From an uncultured bacterium (lineage in GTDB: Bacteria > Patescibacteriota > Dojkabacteria > J137), in NCBI GenBank assembly GCA_963700155.1, contig OY969472.1, positions 680,690 to 744,689 of the forward strand: 64,000 nt of DNA, read 5' to 3'. Position 1 is the stretch's first letter. The number at the start of each line of letters is the position of its first letter. The translations under genes were made by a program, and so were the position numbers. Below are positions 45,890 through 55,137 of the stretch, in pieces. Below the pieces are notes generated by a model. That model had not been told where the DNA came from. It searched no databases and was given only the letters and a program-made list of their open reading frames with translations.

Positions 45890-46891
45890 ATGACTAACAG
45901 AGTTACTGATCCAAATTTAAAAAACGAATCTGAGGAGAGTCTTGAGACTTCTTTAAGACCAATAAATTTCGAAGAGATTATCGGAAGAGAATCTGAGAAG
46001 AAGAGCATTCAAATTATGATTCATTCAGCCAGAAAAAGAAAGAAGGCTTTAGATCATATACTTTTTCATGGCCCTCCAGGTTTAGGTAAGACTAGTTTTG
46101 CATATGTTATAGCGAAAGAAATGAGGTCGCCTGTCCATATTACTAATGGATCGGTGATTGATAAGACAGGCGACCTTGCAGCAATTCTAACTTCTTTAGA
46201 AGAAAACTCAATATTATTTATTGATGAGATTCATAGATTAAAACATAATATTGAAGAAATCCTTTATCCAGCTATGGAAGATAATGCTTTAGATATAATT
46301 ATAGGAAAAGGACCAAATGCAAAAACTTTAAGACTCGAACTTCCTCCATTTACAATCATTGGAGCCACAACAAAATTATCAATGCTTAGTGCACCTTTAA
46401 GAGATAGGTTTGGTATGACTTTTAGACTTGATTTTTATTCAGATGACGAATTATTCTTAATTGTGAAGCAAAAAGCTACTAAAATGGCTGTTCACATTGA
46501 TGACAAAGCTGCATTTGAGATTGCAAGAAGATCTAGAATGACATCGAGAATCGCAATCCGAATCTTAAAACGAGTAAGAGATATGGCTGTAGTTAAAAAT
46601 CAGGATCTTATTAATATTGATATAGTTATTGAAGCACTTGATCTTTTGGGTATTGATAATAATGGTCTTGATGATATTGATAGAAATATTATTAAAACCT
46701 TAATTGTAAATTTTGATAATAAACCTGTAGGCTTAAATACTTTATCAGCATCAATCTCAGAGGAAAAAGAAACTTTAGAAAGTATTTACGAACCTTTTTT
46801 ATTAAAGAAAGGTTATATCAAGAGGACTCCAAAGGGTAGAGTGGTTACTACTAAGGCTCAACAGGAGTATGGAGATTTACTTTTTTTATAG
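45890..46891 (+). CDS. ruvB: Holliday junction helicase RuvB
   Basis: LRP, GPPGLGKT, FIDEIHRL, PLRDRFG, RTPKGR. Confidence 0.97.
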   Translation: MTNRVTDPNLKNESEESLETSLRPINFEEIIGRESEKKSIQIMIHSARKRKKALDHILFHGPPGLGKTSFAYVIAKEMRSPVHITNGSVIDKTGDLAAILTSLEENSILFIDEIHRLKHNIEEILYPAMEDNALDIIIGKGPNAKTLRLELPPFTIIGATTKLSMLSAPLRDRFGMTFRLDFYSDDELFLIVKQKATKMAVHIDDKAAFEIARRSRMTSRIAIRILKRVRDMAVVKNQDLINIDIVIEALDLLGIDNNGLDDIDRNIIKTLIVNFDNKPVGLNTLSASISEEKETLESIYEPFLLKKGYIKRTPKGRVVTTKAQQEYGDLLFL

Positions 46892-46980
46892 TTTTTGAAT
46901 TGATTTATAGTAAAATTGAAGATATGTTTCAGTTTTAGATTAAAAAGAGTAGAGTATTAAAAATAGTTAACTTAACTAAT

Positions 46981-48123
46981 ATGTATAAAAATTTAAGTAC
47001 AAGAGGAAGAGCAATTTTAGTTTCAATTGTAGTTGGATTGCTAGTATTTGCAATTAGTAGTCCTATTGCATCAAATCTGTATGAACTATTGTTCCCTCCT
47101 AGTGAAGTAACTAACGTAAAAATTACCGAAAAAGATAGTGAGATTGATGTTGATTGGAGTAAGAACCCAGAAGGAGATGTAATCTCTTATAATTTAAGCC
47201 TTGGTAATGATGAAGTAAAGATAGATAAAGACACTACAACATATTCTTTCTATAAGTTGGATAATTCTCAGTCTTACCCATTTTCTATTACTGCAGAAGA
47301 CGATTCTGGCAAGGTTTCAACACCATTCAGCATAAATGTTCAACCAACTGATAAAACAAATACTGAAACATATAACCAAAGTAATTTGGAATCAGACAAT
47401 TCAAGAAATATAATAATAACTTCTCTAGTTATTGCATTCATAGTATTTATTTTAAACTTATGGGTTTTGTTTTTTAAAGTAAATAAAAGTACAATATTTA
47501 CCGTAGGGCTATTCCCAAGTTTTTGTACGATGGCGTTCCTAATTTTTGCTTTAACTTTATCAGCTTCAATTAGTTCTTTTAGTAGTAGATTGATTTTTTC
47601 ATTAGCTGTTTTTTTTGGATTTACATTAGGTATGTATTTAATTTTGCTAACTTCAAATATTCTAAATGGTTCTGTTCATAATGATATTCCTCTTTCTCAA
47701 GCCGGTAAGGCATCGCAATTTATCTTTGCATTAATCTCTACTTATCTAATACTAATTTATGCATTTGGCTCATATCAGGATTTTACAACAAGAATTATTA
47801 TTTCTTTACCATTTGTTTATTACTTTAGTTATTCATCAATTTGGATGACAAAAAATGTATCATCAGAACAGGTATTTATAAGATCGTTTGTGATTACTAT
47901 GATAATGGGCTTATCACTTTTAGTATTTTCAATATGGCCGATTGAGAGTGTTTATGCAATCTTAGCAGCTTCTGTTATTTTCTATATTCTTCTTAATGTT
48001 GCATTGGAAATAAGAAAACATTTGAATCGTACTATATGGATAGAGTATGGCATCCTTACAATACTAATTCTAATTTTACTCTTCACCAATGGTTCTTGGG
48101 GAATTAATGGGACGTTAATTTAA
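46981..48123 (+). CDS. Membrane protein with an extracellular fibronectin type III domain and about 8 C-terminal TM helices
   Basis: PPSEVTNV...VDW...SY...LDNSQSY...TAEDDSG FN3 pattern, then a polytopic region. Confidence 0.75.
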   Translation: MYKNLSTRGRAILVSIVVGLLVFAISSPIASNLYELLFPPSEVTNVKITEKDSEIDVDWSKNPEGDVISYNLSLGNDEVKIDKDTTTYSFYKLDNSQSYPFSITAEDDSGKVSTPFSINVQPTDKTNTETYNQSNLESDNSRNIIITSLVIAFIVFILNLWVLFFKVNKSTIFTVGLFPSFCTMAFLIFALTLSASISSFSSRLIFSLAVFFGFTLGMYLILLTSNILNGSVHNDIPLSQAGKASQFIFALISTYLILIYAFGSYQDFTTRIIISLPFVYYFSYSSIWMTKNVSSEQVFIRSFVITMIMGLSLLVFSIWPIESVYAILAASVIFYILLNVALEIRKHLNRTIWIEYGILTILILILLFTNGSWGINGTLI

Positions 48124-48342
48124 TTAAATTTCGACAAACTCAAAATTTTCTTCGCAAATAGAGTAGTGACTTCAAGAGTAGAGAGACCTCATTCCATTAT
48201 TGTCACTTTATTCCATAATAAAATTTATAAAAGTTTTTATTAAGAGAATTATTAGTAAAAATAAAAAACTCAATTTCTCTGAAATAATTTGTGAAAATCG
48301 ATGGGGGAGAGAGTGAAACAATCTGATTCAGACTTTAAAGCT

Positions 48343-48370
48343 ACTGAGTATAATGTACCTTATATTTAGT
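48343..48370. other. Candidate dif (Xer recombination) site
   Basis: ACTGAGTATAA-TGTACC-TTATATTTAGT, an 11-6-11 imperfect palindrome resembling E. coli dif. Confidence 0.55.
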
Positions 48371-49028
48371 AACCTTATATTTAAAAGGACTGGAGGGCTA
48401 TCCATGACTTCTTATAAATAGATTTATTAACACTCACTTAGTTATTAATATGATGTAACTTACCTATTTATTTATCGAAATTTCTGAATTTATGTTTTTT
48501 ATTATTATTAATCTTAATTTCTATCTAATTACTAATAAAATCTTTAGAGATCAAAGGTAAATAAGGTCCTCTTTTACTTTTAACAATCCTCTACTTTGCT
48601 AAAAGCATTGTGTGGCAATGATTTCCAAGAAAATCGCGTTTAAATAAGCTAGAAGAATTTAGAGGTATAATGAGTCATCTTTTCAAATAAATATTTTGTA
48701 CCAGACTCCATAGATAGCAATTTCAGGGATTTTTTGTTTTAAAATTATAATTAATTTAAGTTAACTTTCTGAAATTAATTAATTTAAAAACATTTAAACT
48801 TTAATAATGAATTTCAAGATTTAATATAAAAATTATTTATAAATAAAATTTAGTATTAATTACAAAAAATCCTAGAATCAAGATCAGAATTTGATAAGAA
48901 TATTATTATATTTATAATATAAAAGGAGAAATATTTATTAGCTCTATAAATACCGATTAAAGTTTCACAATGATTAAGTGAATGTTTCACGATATAGAGA
49001 AAGATAATCGAGAATTCAATTGTTGATA

Positions 49029-51653
49029 TTAGATTATTGCTGCTGCAGCAACTTTATCATCTCCTTTTAACCTCATCAAAGTTACTCCGGATGTCTGTCT
49101 ATTTCTGGAAGGAAGAGTATCAGTTGGTATTCGGACAGCCTGCCCTTTCCCGCTTAGGATAAGCAAATCCTTGCCTGGATGATCTAAAATTCTTGCAATA
49201 ACTAATTTCCCGGTTTTGTTATTAACCCTAGCGGCGAAGATACCTGACCCTCCTCTATTCTGAGTACCAAACTGTTTTAATTGAGTTATTTTTCCAAATC
49301 CATTTTCTGAAATAGTTAGCATATATTCTTCTTCGGTTCTTAGAACATCCATTGATATGACTTCATCACCTTCTTTTAGCCTAATTCCTCGAACTCCTTG
49401 AGAAGATCGTCCAGTTTCTCTTGTATCTTCTTCTTTAAATCTTATTGATTTAGCATTTTGAGTAACTAGAATAATTTCACTTTTACCAGTTGTTGGTCTT
49501 ACCCAAATTAATTCATCATCACCAATTAATGTAATTGCAATTAATCCATTAGATCTTATGTTTTCATATTCAGAGATTGCTGTCTTTTTAACAGTTCCTA
49601 ATTTTGTAGCCATGAATAAATATTCGTACTTTTTGCCTTTTGTTTCTTTCTTTTCCTCATCTTCTTGCTCAATATCTTCATCAAGTATATGTCCTTCAGC
49701 GCTTCTTGTTAGAACACTTGTAACCAGCTCATCGGGTGAAATATTTATTAAGTTAACTACAGGGATTCCTTTAGCGGTTCTGGCATATTCAGGAATTTCA
49801 TAAACTTTCAGTGAATAAACCTTTCCTTTATTAGTAAAGAACATAATTTCATCATGAGTATTGCAGTCGAAGACGTGTCTCACAGAGTCATCTTCTTTGG
49901 TAGCCATGGTTTTTATGCCAGAACCGCCTCGTTTTTGCTGTTTGTAAGTATCGTATTTGATTCTCTTGATATAACCTTGAGTGCTAATGGTTACGAATGT
50001 CTTTTCATTTGCAATCAAATCTTCTTCAGAGAATTCATCAACATCTCCTTTAAATACTTTGGTTTTTCTTTCGTCACCATATTTATCTCTGAGTTCGACT
50101 ACTTCATTCTTTACAATCTTTAAAACTTCATCAGGGCTATTCAAAATGAATAATATCTCTTTTATTCTTTCTTTTATTGCTTTATATTCATCTTCAATCT
50201 TCTGTCTTTCAAGAGCAGCAAGTCTTGCAAGTCTCATATCTAAGATAGCTTGTGCCTGAATTTCAGTTAGCTTGAATTTTTTCATTAATGCATTCTTTGC
50301 AGTTTCAACATCTTTTGAGCTCCTAATGGTATTGATAACTTCATCTAAATGATCTAAAGCTATCATCAAACCTTCTAAAATATGTTCACGTTGTCTTGCG
50401 GAAGCAAGTTCAACTTCATGTCTTCTTATTACAATTTCTTGTCTATGGATAATATAAAGTTCTAGTATCTGAGTTAAGTTTAGAAGTCTTGGTTCACCTT
50501 TTACTAAAGCTAATATATTTGCATTAAATGACTTTTGAAGTTCTGTATATTTATAAAGCTGATTTTGAACAGTCTTTGGTTTTGATTCTTTCTTTAATTC
50601 AATAACAATCCTTATTCCTTCTTTATTTGATTCATCTCTTAAATCTGAAATACCATCAATTTTTTTATCTTTATATAGTTGAGCAATTTTAGCTAACAAT
50701 GTTGCTTTATTAACCTGATAAGGGAGTTCTGTAATAATGATTCTAAATCGTCCTATCTTTGACTCTTCAATCTTAGAAACAGCTCTCATTACTATTCCAC
50801 CTCGTCCAGTTTCATAAACAGCCTGGATATTTTTCTTATTGAAAATTTGAGCACCTGTAGGAAAGTCTGGTCCATGAATTTCATTTAAGAGTACATCAAT
50901 ATCTACATCAGATTCAAATTGGTGAAATCTTTCTTTAGGAAGATTTTCAAGATCTTTATCTGTTTTTACATCATTTTCATAATTTATGTTTATATCTTTT
51001 AATGAATCTATATTCCATTTATTACCGTTCTCAATCATTTTTATAATTCCGTTACATACTTCTGTTAAGTTATGCGGTGGAATTTTAGTAGCCATACCGA
51101 CTGCAATTCCTTCTGATCCATTTACTAGGAGGTTAGGAACAAGTCCTGGCAAAACTAATGGTTCAACTTCTGTACCATCATAATTAGGTCCATAATCAAC
51201 TGTATTCTCTACTCCTTCTAAAAGTTTCGCACCGATTTTATCAAGTCTGGCTTCAATATACCTTGCAGCAGCAGCTGGATCACCGTCAATCGATCCGAAA
51301 TTACCTTGTCCATCGACAAGAGTATATCTCATGGTAAAGTCCTGCCCTAGTCTGACCAATGCATCATTAATTGCCATATCTCCATGTGGATGGTATTTAC
51401 CCATTGTTTCCCCGGAGATTCTAGCAACTTTTTTATAAGCGCTGCCGGGCATAATTCCCATCTTATACATTGCATAGAGTATTCTTCTTTGTACTGGCTT
51501 TAATCCATCCCTAACGTCCGGCAGCGCTCTTGCAACAATAACGCTCATGGCATAATTAATATAGCCGGTCTTCATTATTGAAGAAATATCTTCATTTATT
51601 AGATTAGGGTTTTGAGTTGATTCGATTGTAGTTTCTTTTACTTCATCTGCCAT
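49029..51653 (-). CDS. gyrA: DNA gyrase subunit A
   Basis: RALPDVRDGLKPVQRR, YHPHGD, AAARY, GyrA-box QKRGGSG, beta-pinwheel repeats; likely ATG at 51653. Confidence 0.97.
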   Translation of the reverse strand: MADEVKETTIESTQNPNLINEDISSIMKTGYINYAMSVIVARALPDVRDGLKPVQRRILYAMYKMGIMPGSAYKKVARISGETMGKYHPHGDMAINDALVRLGQDFTMRYTLVDGQGNFGSIDGDPAAAARYIEARLDKIGAKLLEGVENTVDYGPNYDGTEVEPLVLPGLVPNLLVNGSEGIAVGMATKIPPHNLTEVCNGIIKMIENGNKWNIDSLKDININYENDVKTDKDLENLPKERFHQFESDVDIDVLLNEIHGPDFPTGAQIFNKKNIQAVYETGRGGIVMRAVSKIEESKIGRFRIIITELPYQVNKATLLAKIAQLYKDKKIDGISDLRDESNKEGIRIVIELKKESKPKTVQNQLYKYTELQKSFNANILALVKGEPRLLNLTQILELYIIHRQEIVIRRHEVELASARQREHILEGLMIALDHLDEVINTIRSSKDVETAKNALMKKFKLTEIQAQAILDMRLARLAALERQKIEDEYKAIKERIKEILFILNSPDEVLKIVKNEVVELRDKYGDERKTKVFKGDVDEFSEEDLIANEKTFVTISTQGYIKRIKYDTYKQQKRGGSGIKTMATKEDDSVRHVFDCNTHDEIMFFTNKGKVYSLKVYEIPEYARTAKGIPVVNLINISPDELVTSVLTRSAEGHILDEDIEQEDEEKKETKGKKYEYLFMATKLGTVKKTAISEYENIRSNGLIAITLIGDDELIWVRPTTGKSEIILVTQNAKSIRFKEEDTRETGRSSQGVRGIRLKEGDEVISMDVLRTEEEYMLTISENGFGKITQLKQFGTQNRGGSGIFAARVNNKTGKLVIARILDHPGKDLLILSGKGQAVRIPTDTLPSRNRQTSGVTLMRLKGDDKVAAAAII

Positions 51654-51704
51654 TTTATATTTTAAATTTATAAATAATTCGGACACATAATTCAGACATT
51701 AATT

Positions 51705-53621
51705 TTAAACATCAAGTTCTGCCTCGGAACTATATGTTTCAATAAATTTCTTTCTTGGAGGGACTTCTTCTCCCATTAAAATATCAAACATTTTACTAGC
51801 TTCTTCTGCATCTTCAATTATTACCTTTTTTAGTATTCTTGTATGGGGATCCATAGTCGTTTCCCAAAGCTGATCTGCATTCATCTCTCCTAAACCTTTA
51901 AATCTTTGAACATGGGGGTACTTTGCAGGTTTTCTTTCATCTAATAAAGCTTTAAGTTCTCCATCATTTTTAACCCAAACTGTATCGTTAGGAGAAAATA
52001 CGACCTTATAAAGAGGTGGTTGAGATACATAGACATAGCCATTTTCTATAATCTTTCTCATGTGTCTAAAGAATAATGTAAGCATAAGTGTTCTTATATG
52101 ATCTCCATCAACATCAGCATCTGACATTAAAACAATCTTATGATATCTAAGTTTTTCTATCATGAAAGTTTCACCAATTCCAGCTCCTAAAGCTTTAACA
52201 AGATCTCCCATTGCTGGATTAGATAGTACTTTATCTATTCTATATTTCTCCGAGTTGATTGGTTTCCCGAAGTAAGGAAAAATTGCTTGAATATTTCTAT
52301 CTCTCCCCTGCTTTGCTGGTCCTGCAGCTGAATCCCCTTCGACAATAAATAGTTCACTTATTGTAGGATCTTTTGTAGAACAATCAGCTAGTTTTCCTGG
52401 AAGTCCTCCTCCTTCAAATATGCTCTTTCTTACTACAGCATCCCTAGCAGCTTTTGCAGCTGTTCTTGCTTTAAATGCAAGTAATACTCTAGTCATTATT
52501 GCTTTTGCATCTTGTGGATTTTCTGAGAGATAAGTTTTGAAATTATCTTCAAAAGCTTTTCTTACAGCTTGAGCAACTTCTGTATTATTTAATTTCCCTT
52601 TAGTTTGGCCTTCGAACTGAGGATCTTGCAGCTTTACAGAGATTGCAGCTGTCATTCCTTCTCTAACGTCATCTCCAGTTAATCTAATAAGCTTTTCTTT
52701 TTCATTTCCATTCTCTGAAATATAGCTATTTAAAGTCTTCGTTAGAGCTGTCCTAAAACCGGACAGGTGTGTTCCTCCATCAATATTTAAAACATTGTTT
52801 GCAAATGCATATTCAGTTGTTTGAATGTCATCCGTATATTGTAAAGCTACTTCGATATCAATATCATCAACATTGGACTTTAGATGAAAGATATTTTTAT
52901 TAATATTTTTATGATGACTGTTAAGGTGTAAGACATAAGACTTCAATCCACCTTCAAAAAAGAAAGCAAAATATCTCTCACCGCCATCTCTTTTATCGAT
53001 AAATTCAAATTTTATTCCTCCATTTAGATAGGCATGTTGTCTTAATCTGGTAAGAATAGTTTTATAGTTGAACTCAATAATTTTAAATATATTTGAGTCT
53101 GGTTTGAAAGTTACTTTTGTTCCAGTTTCATGAGCATTATTTTTACCCTCTACTTTTACATCATATTTAGGGTTACCTATTTCATATTCTTGAATATAAA
53201 CTCCATCTTTTTTATAAACTTCAATTTTACACCACTCACTTAATGCATTTACAACTGAAAGTCCAACTCCATGGAGTCCAGAGCTTACTTTGTAAGCATT
53301 TTTATCGAATTTTCCACCGGCATGTAGGACCGTTGCAGCAAGTTGTAAAGCACTAACCTTCTCTGTTGGATGGATATCAACTGGAATTCCTCGACCATCA
53401 TCTCTTATTGTTGCAGAACCATCCTGATTTAAAATTACACTAACTGTGTGGGCATAGCCAGCCAAAGCCTCGTCAATTGCATTATCTACAATTTCCCAGA
53501 TCATATGATGAAGTCCAACTTCATCAGTTCCTCCTATATACATTGCTGGTCTTTTTCTGACTGCTTCTAAACCTTTTAAAACAGTGATGCTTGATGCGCT
53601 GTACTCGTTTTCATTACTCAT
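51705..53621 (-). CDS. gyrB: DNA gyrase subunit B
   Basis: EAVRKRPAMYIG, DDGRGIP, GLHGVG, VEGDSA, DADVDG, RFKGLGEM. Confidence 0.97.
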   Translation of the reverse strand: MSNENEYSASSITVLKGLEAVRKRPAMYIGGTDEVGLHHMIWEIVDNAIDEALAGYAHTVSVILNQDGSATIRDDGRGIPVDIHPTEKVSALQLAATVLHAGGKFDKNAYKVSSGLHGVGLSVVNALSEWCKIEVYKKDGVYIQEYEIGNPKYDVKVEGKNNAHETGTKVTFKPDSNIFKIIEFNYKTILTRLRQHAYLNGGIKFEFIDKRDGGERYFAFFFEGGLKSYVLHLNSHHKNINKNIFHLKSNVDDIDIEVALQYTDDIQTTEYAFANNVLNIDGGTHLSGFRTALTKTLNSYISENGNEKEKLIRLTGDDVREGMTAAISVKLQDPQFEGQTKGKLNNTEVAQAVRKAFEDNFKTYLSENPQDAKAIMTRVLLAFKARTAAKAARDAVVRKSIFEGGGLPGKLADCSTKDPTISELFIVEGDSAAGPAKQGRDRNIQAIFPYFGKPINSEKYRIDKVLSNPAMGDLVKALGAGIGETFMIEKLRYHKIVLMSDADVDGDHIRTLMLTLFFRHMRKIIENGYVYVSQPPLYKVVFSPNDTVWVKNDGELKALLDERKPAKYPHVQRFKGLGEMNADQLWETTMDPHTRILKKVIIEDAEEASKMFDILMGEEVPPRKKFIETYSSEAELDV

Positions 53622-53663
53622 ACAATATCTCTCTAAAATAACATAATAATTTGAAAGCTATAG

Positions 53664-53692
53664 ATTTTATCACTATAACTAATCTTAGACAA
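53664..53692 (-). promoter_or_regulatory. Putative gyrB promoter
   Basis: Minus strand TTGTCT-17 nt-TAAAAT with an extended TG. Confidence 0.55.
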
Positions 53693-53839
53693 CCCCTTAA
53701 AAGTGCCTATAGATAATTAAATTCGCCAACAAGATATAAAAAATCCAGACAAATTTCTCTGGCTAGATTCCTTTAGTAGCAACGAAATAGACAGAATATT
53801 CAGGATAATTTACATCAAGATGTAAGATTTAATTTACTG

Positions 53840-54358
53840 CTATTTTTTTTGCTTCTCTTTAAAATTTGCAACTTCGAAATCGATTTTATGTTTTATAGCA
53901 ATCTCGAGTTCACCGATAACCGGCATACTATAGACAACAATAGCAGTTAGAAGAATTGCCATTAAACTGACTAGCACATCTTTAACTTCTGCATTCCTTC
54001 CATTCCCTGTTAAAGCTTGTGTATATTCTTCAAAAATAGCGAAAAGTGTTGAACTTAATATAGTTATAATTACAACAAGTGTTTCAATAATTAGTACAAA
54101 TTCTGCATCTTCAATTTCTTCCTGTTTTGATCTCCATTTTGAAAGTCTCTCTACTGTAGATTTTAATGTGATAATTATTGATCTATATATTAATATAAAG
54201 AATATAGAATAAAGAACCATTCTGAATAGTACTTTAACTAATTCATCAGTAACCTGGTCTCCAGCATTTAAATAAGGAAGAGTTGCTAACCAATAGATTA
54301 ATAAAGCAAATAAGAAAGTACTCCCCCACGCATATAATAAAAATGCAGCTCTTTTCAT
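53840..54358 (-). CDS. VanZ-like membrane protein
   Basis: Four TM helices; FAIFEEYTQ...GRNAEVKDV resembles the VanZ DE..Q...GR...D pattern. Confidence 0.6.
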   Translation of the reverse strand: MKRAAFLLYAWGSTFLFALLIYWLATLPYLNAGDQVTDELVKVLFRMVLYSIFFILIYRSIIITLKSTVERLSKWRSKQEEIEDAEFVLIIETLVVIITILSSTLFAIFEEYTQALTGNGRNAEVKDVLVSLMAILLTAIVVYSMPVIGELEIAIKHKIDFEVANFKEKQKK

Positions 54359-54390
54359 TTAGACTTCTTTAAAAATTAATAAATCGGACA

Positions 54391-55038
54391 TTATTTTATA
54401 TAAATTGCTAATAGATTAAGACTTAATTTTAAATTTACATTCCTTTTAATTCCTACATAGACACTCTTAATGATCTTGATATTAGATTCATAAGAATCAG
54501 ATACCGGAACTACCTTAATGATTTCAAATACAATATTAGCAATCTCATCTCTATTATCATAATCTTTTAATAATTTTTCAACTATTTTTAATCTTTCAAG
54601 ATAGTCAGCTTTATAAAATTTTTCAGCAATCTCTTTATAGGGGTTATTCTCTTCATCTCTGCTAGCATTATTTAAGTTGAAAATAAGACATCTTGATTTT
54701 ATTGTCTCAAGGATTATTTCACTATTAATAGATATTAGTATAAATAAAGTGTTTTCGTTAGGTTCCTCTAGATTCTTTAATAAAGAGTTTTGAGCTTCCA
54801 TTGTAAGATTCTCTGCACTTCGTATTACAACAAACTTAGTATCTTTATTTTTTAAATTAATCCATTGAGAAATTTCTTTAACCTGTGAGATATTTATACT
54901 ATTTGATTTAATAGGAGCAATCTCATACATATTTATAGAGTTGAACCCTTTTATTCCAACATTACTCTCTAAGAAATTTTTTAACTCTTCAATTGTAAGA
55001 TCTTTATTTGAATTTATTAATATTGATTGGAATTTCAT
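54391..55038 (-). CDS. holB: DNA polymerase III delta' subunit (short form)
   Basis: INISQVKE, AENLTMEAQNSLLKNLEEP, TIKSRC. Confidence 0.88.
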   Translation of the reverse strand: MKFQSILINSNKDLTIEELKNFLESNVGIKGFNSINMYEIAPIKSNSINISQVKEISQWINLKNKDTKFVVIRSAENLTMEAQNSLLKNLEEPNENTLFILISINSEIILETIKSRCLIFNLNNASRDEENNPYKEIAEKFYKADYLERLKIVEKLLKDYDNRDEIANIVFEIIKVVPVSDSYESNIKIIKSVYVGIKRNVNLKLSLNLLAIYIK

Positions 55039-55137
55039 TGATGTAATTATTTTAGCTAAGTTCTCTGTAACTTTTTTTATTATTAGTATATTATATCTTT
55101 AAGTCCGAATTTAAGTTTTAATTTGAGTAAATAAATT

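Noticed and set aside
48124-49028. oriC next to gyrBA
   Set aside because: No TTATCCACA-type DnaA box cluster was seen, dnaA/dnaN are absent, and flanking genes converge rather than diverge.
49029-53621. Topoisomerase IV (parC/parE)
   Set aside because: The GyrA-box (QKRGGSG) and a full pinwheel CTD are present.
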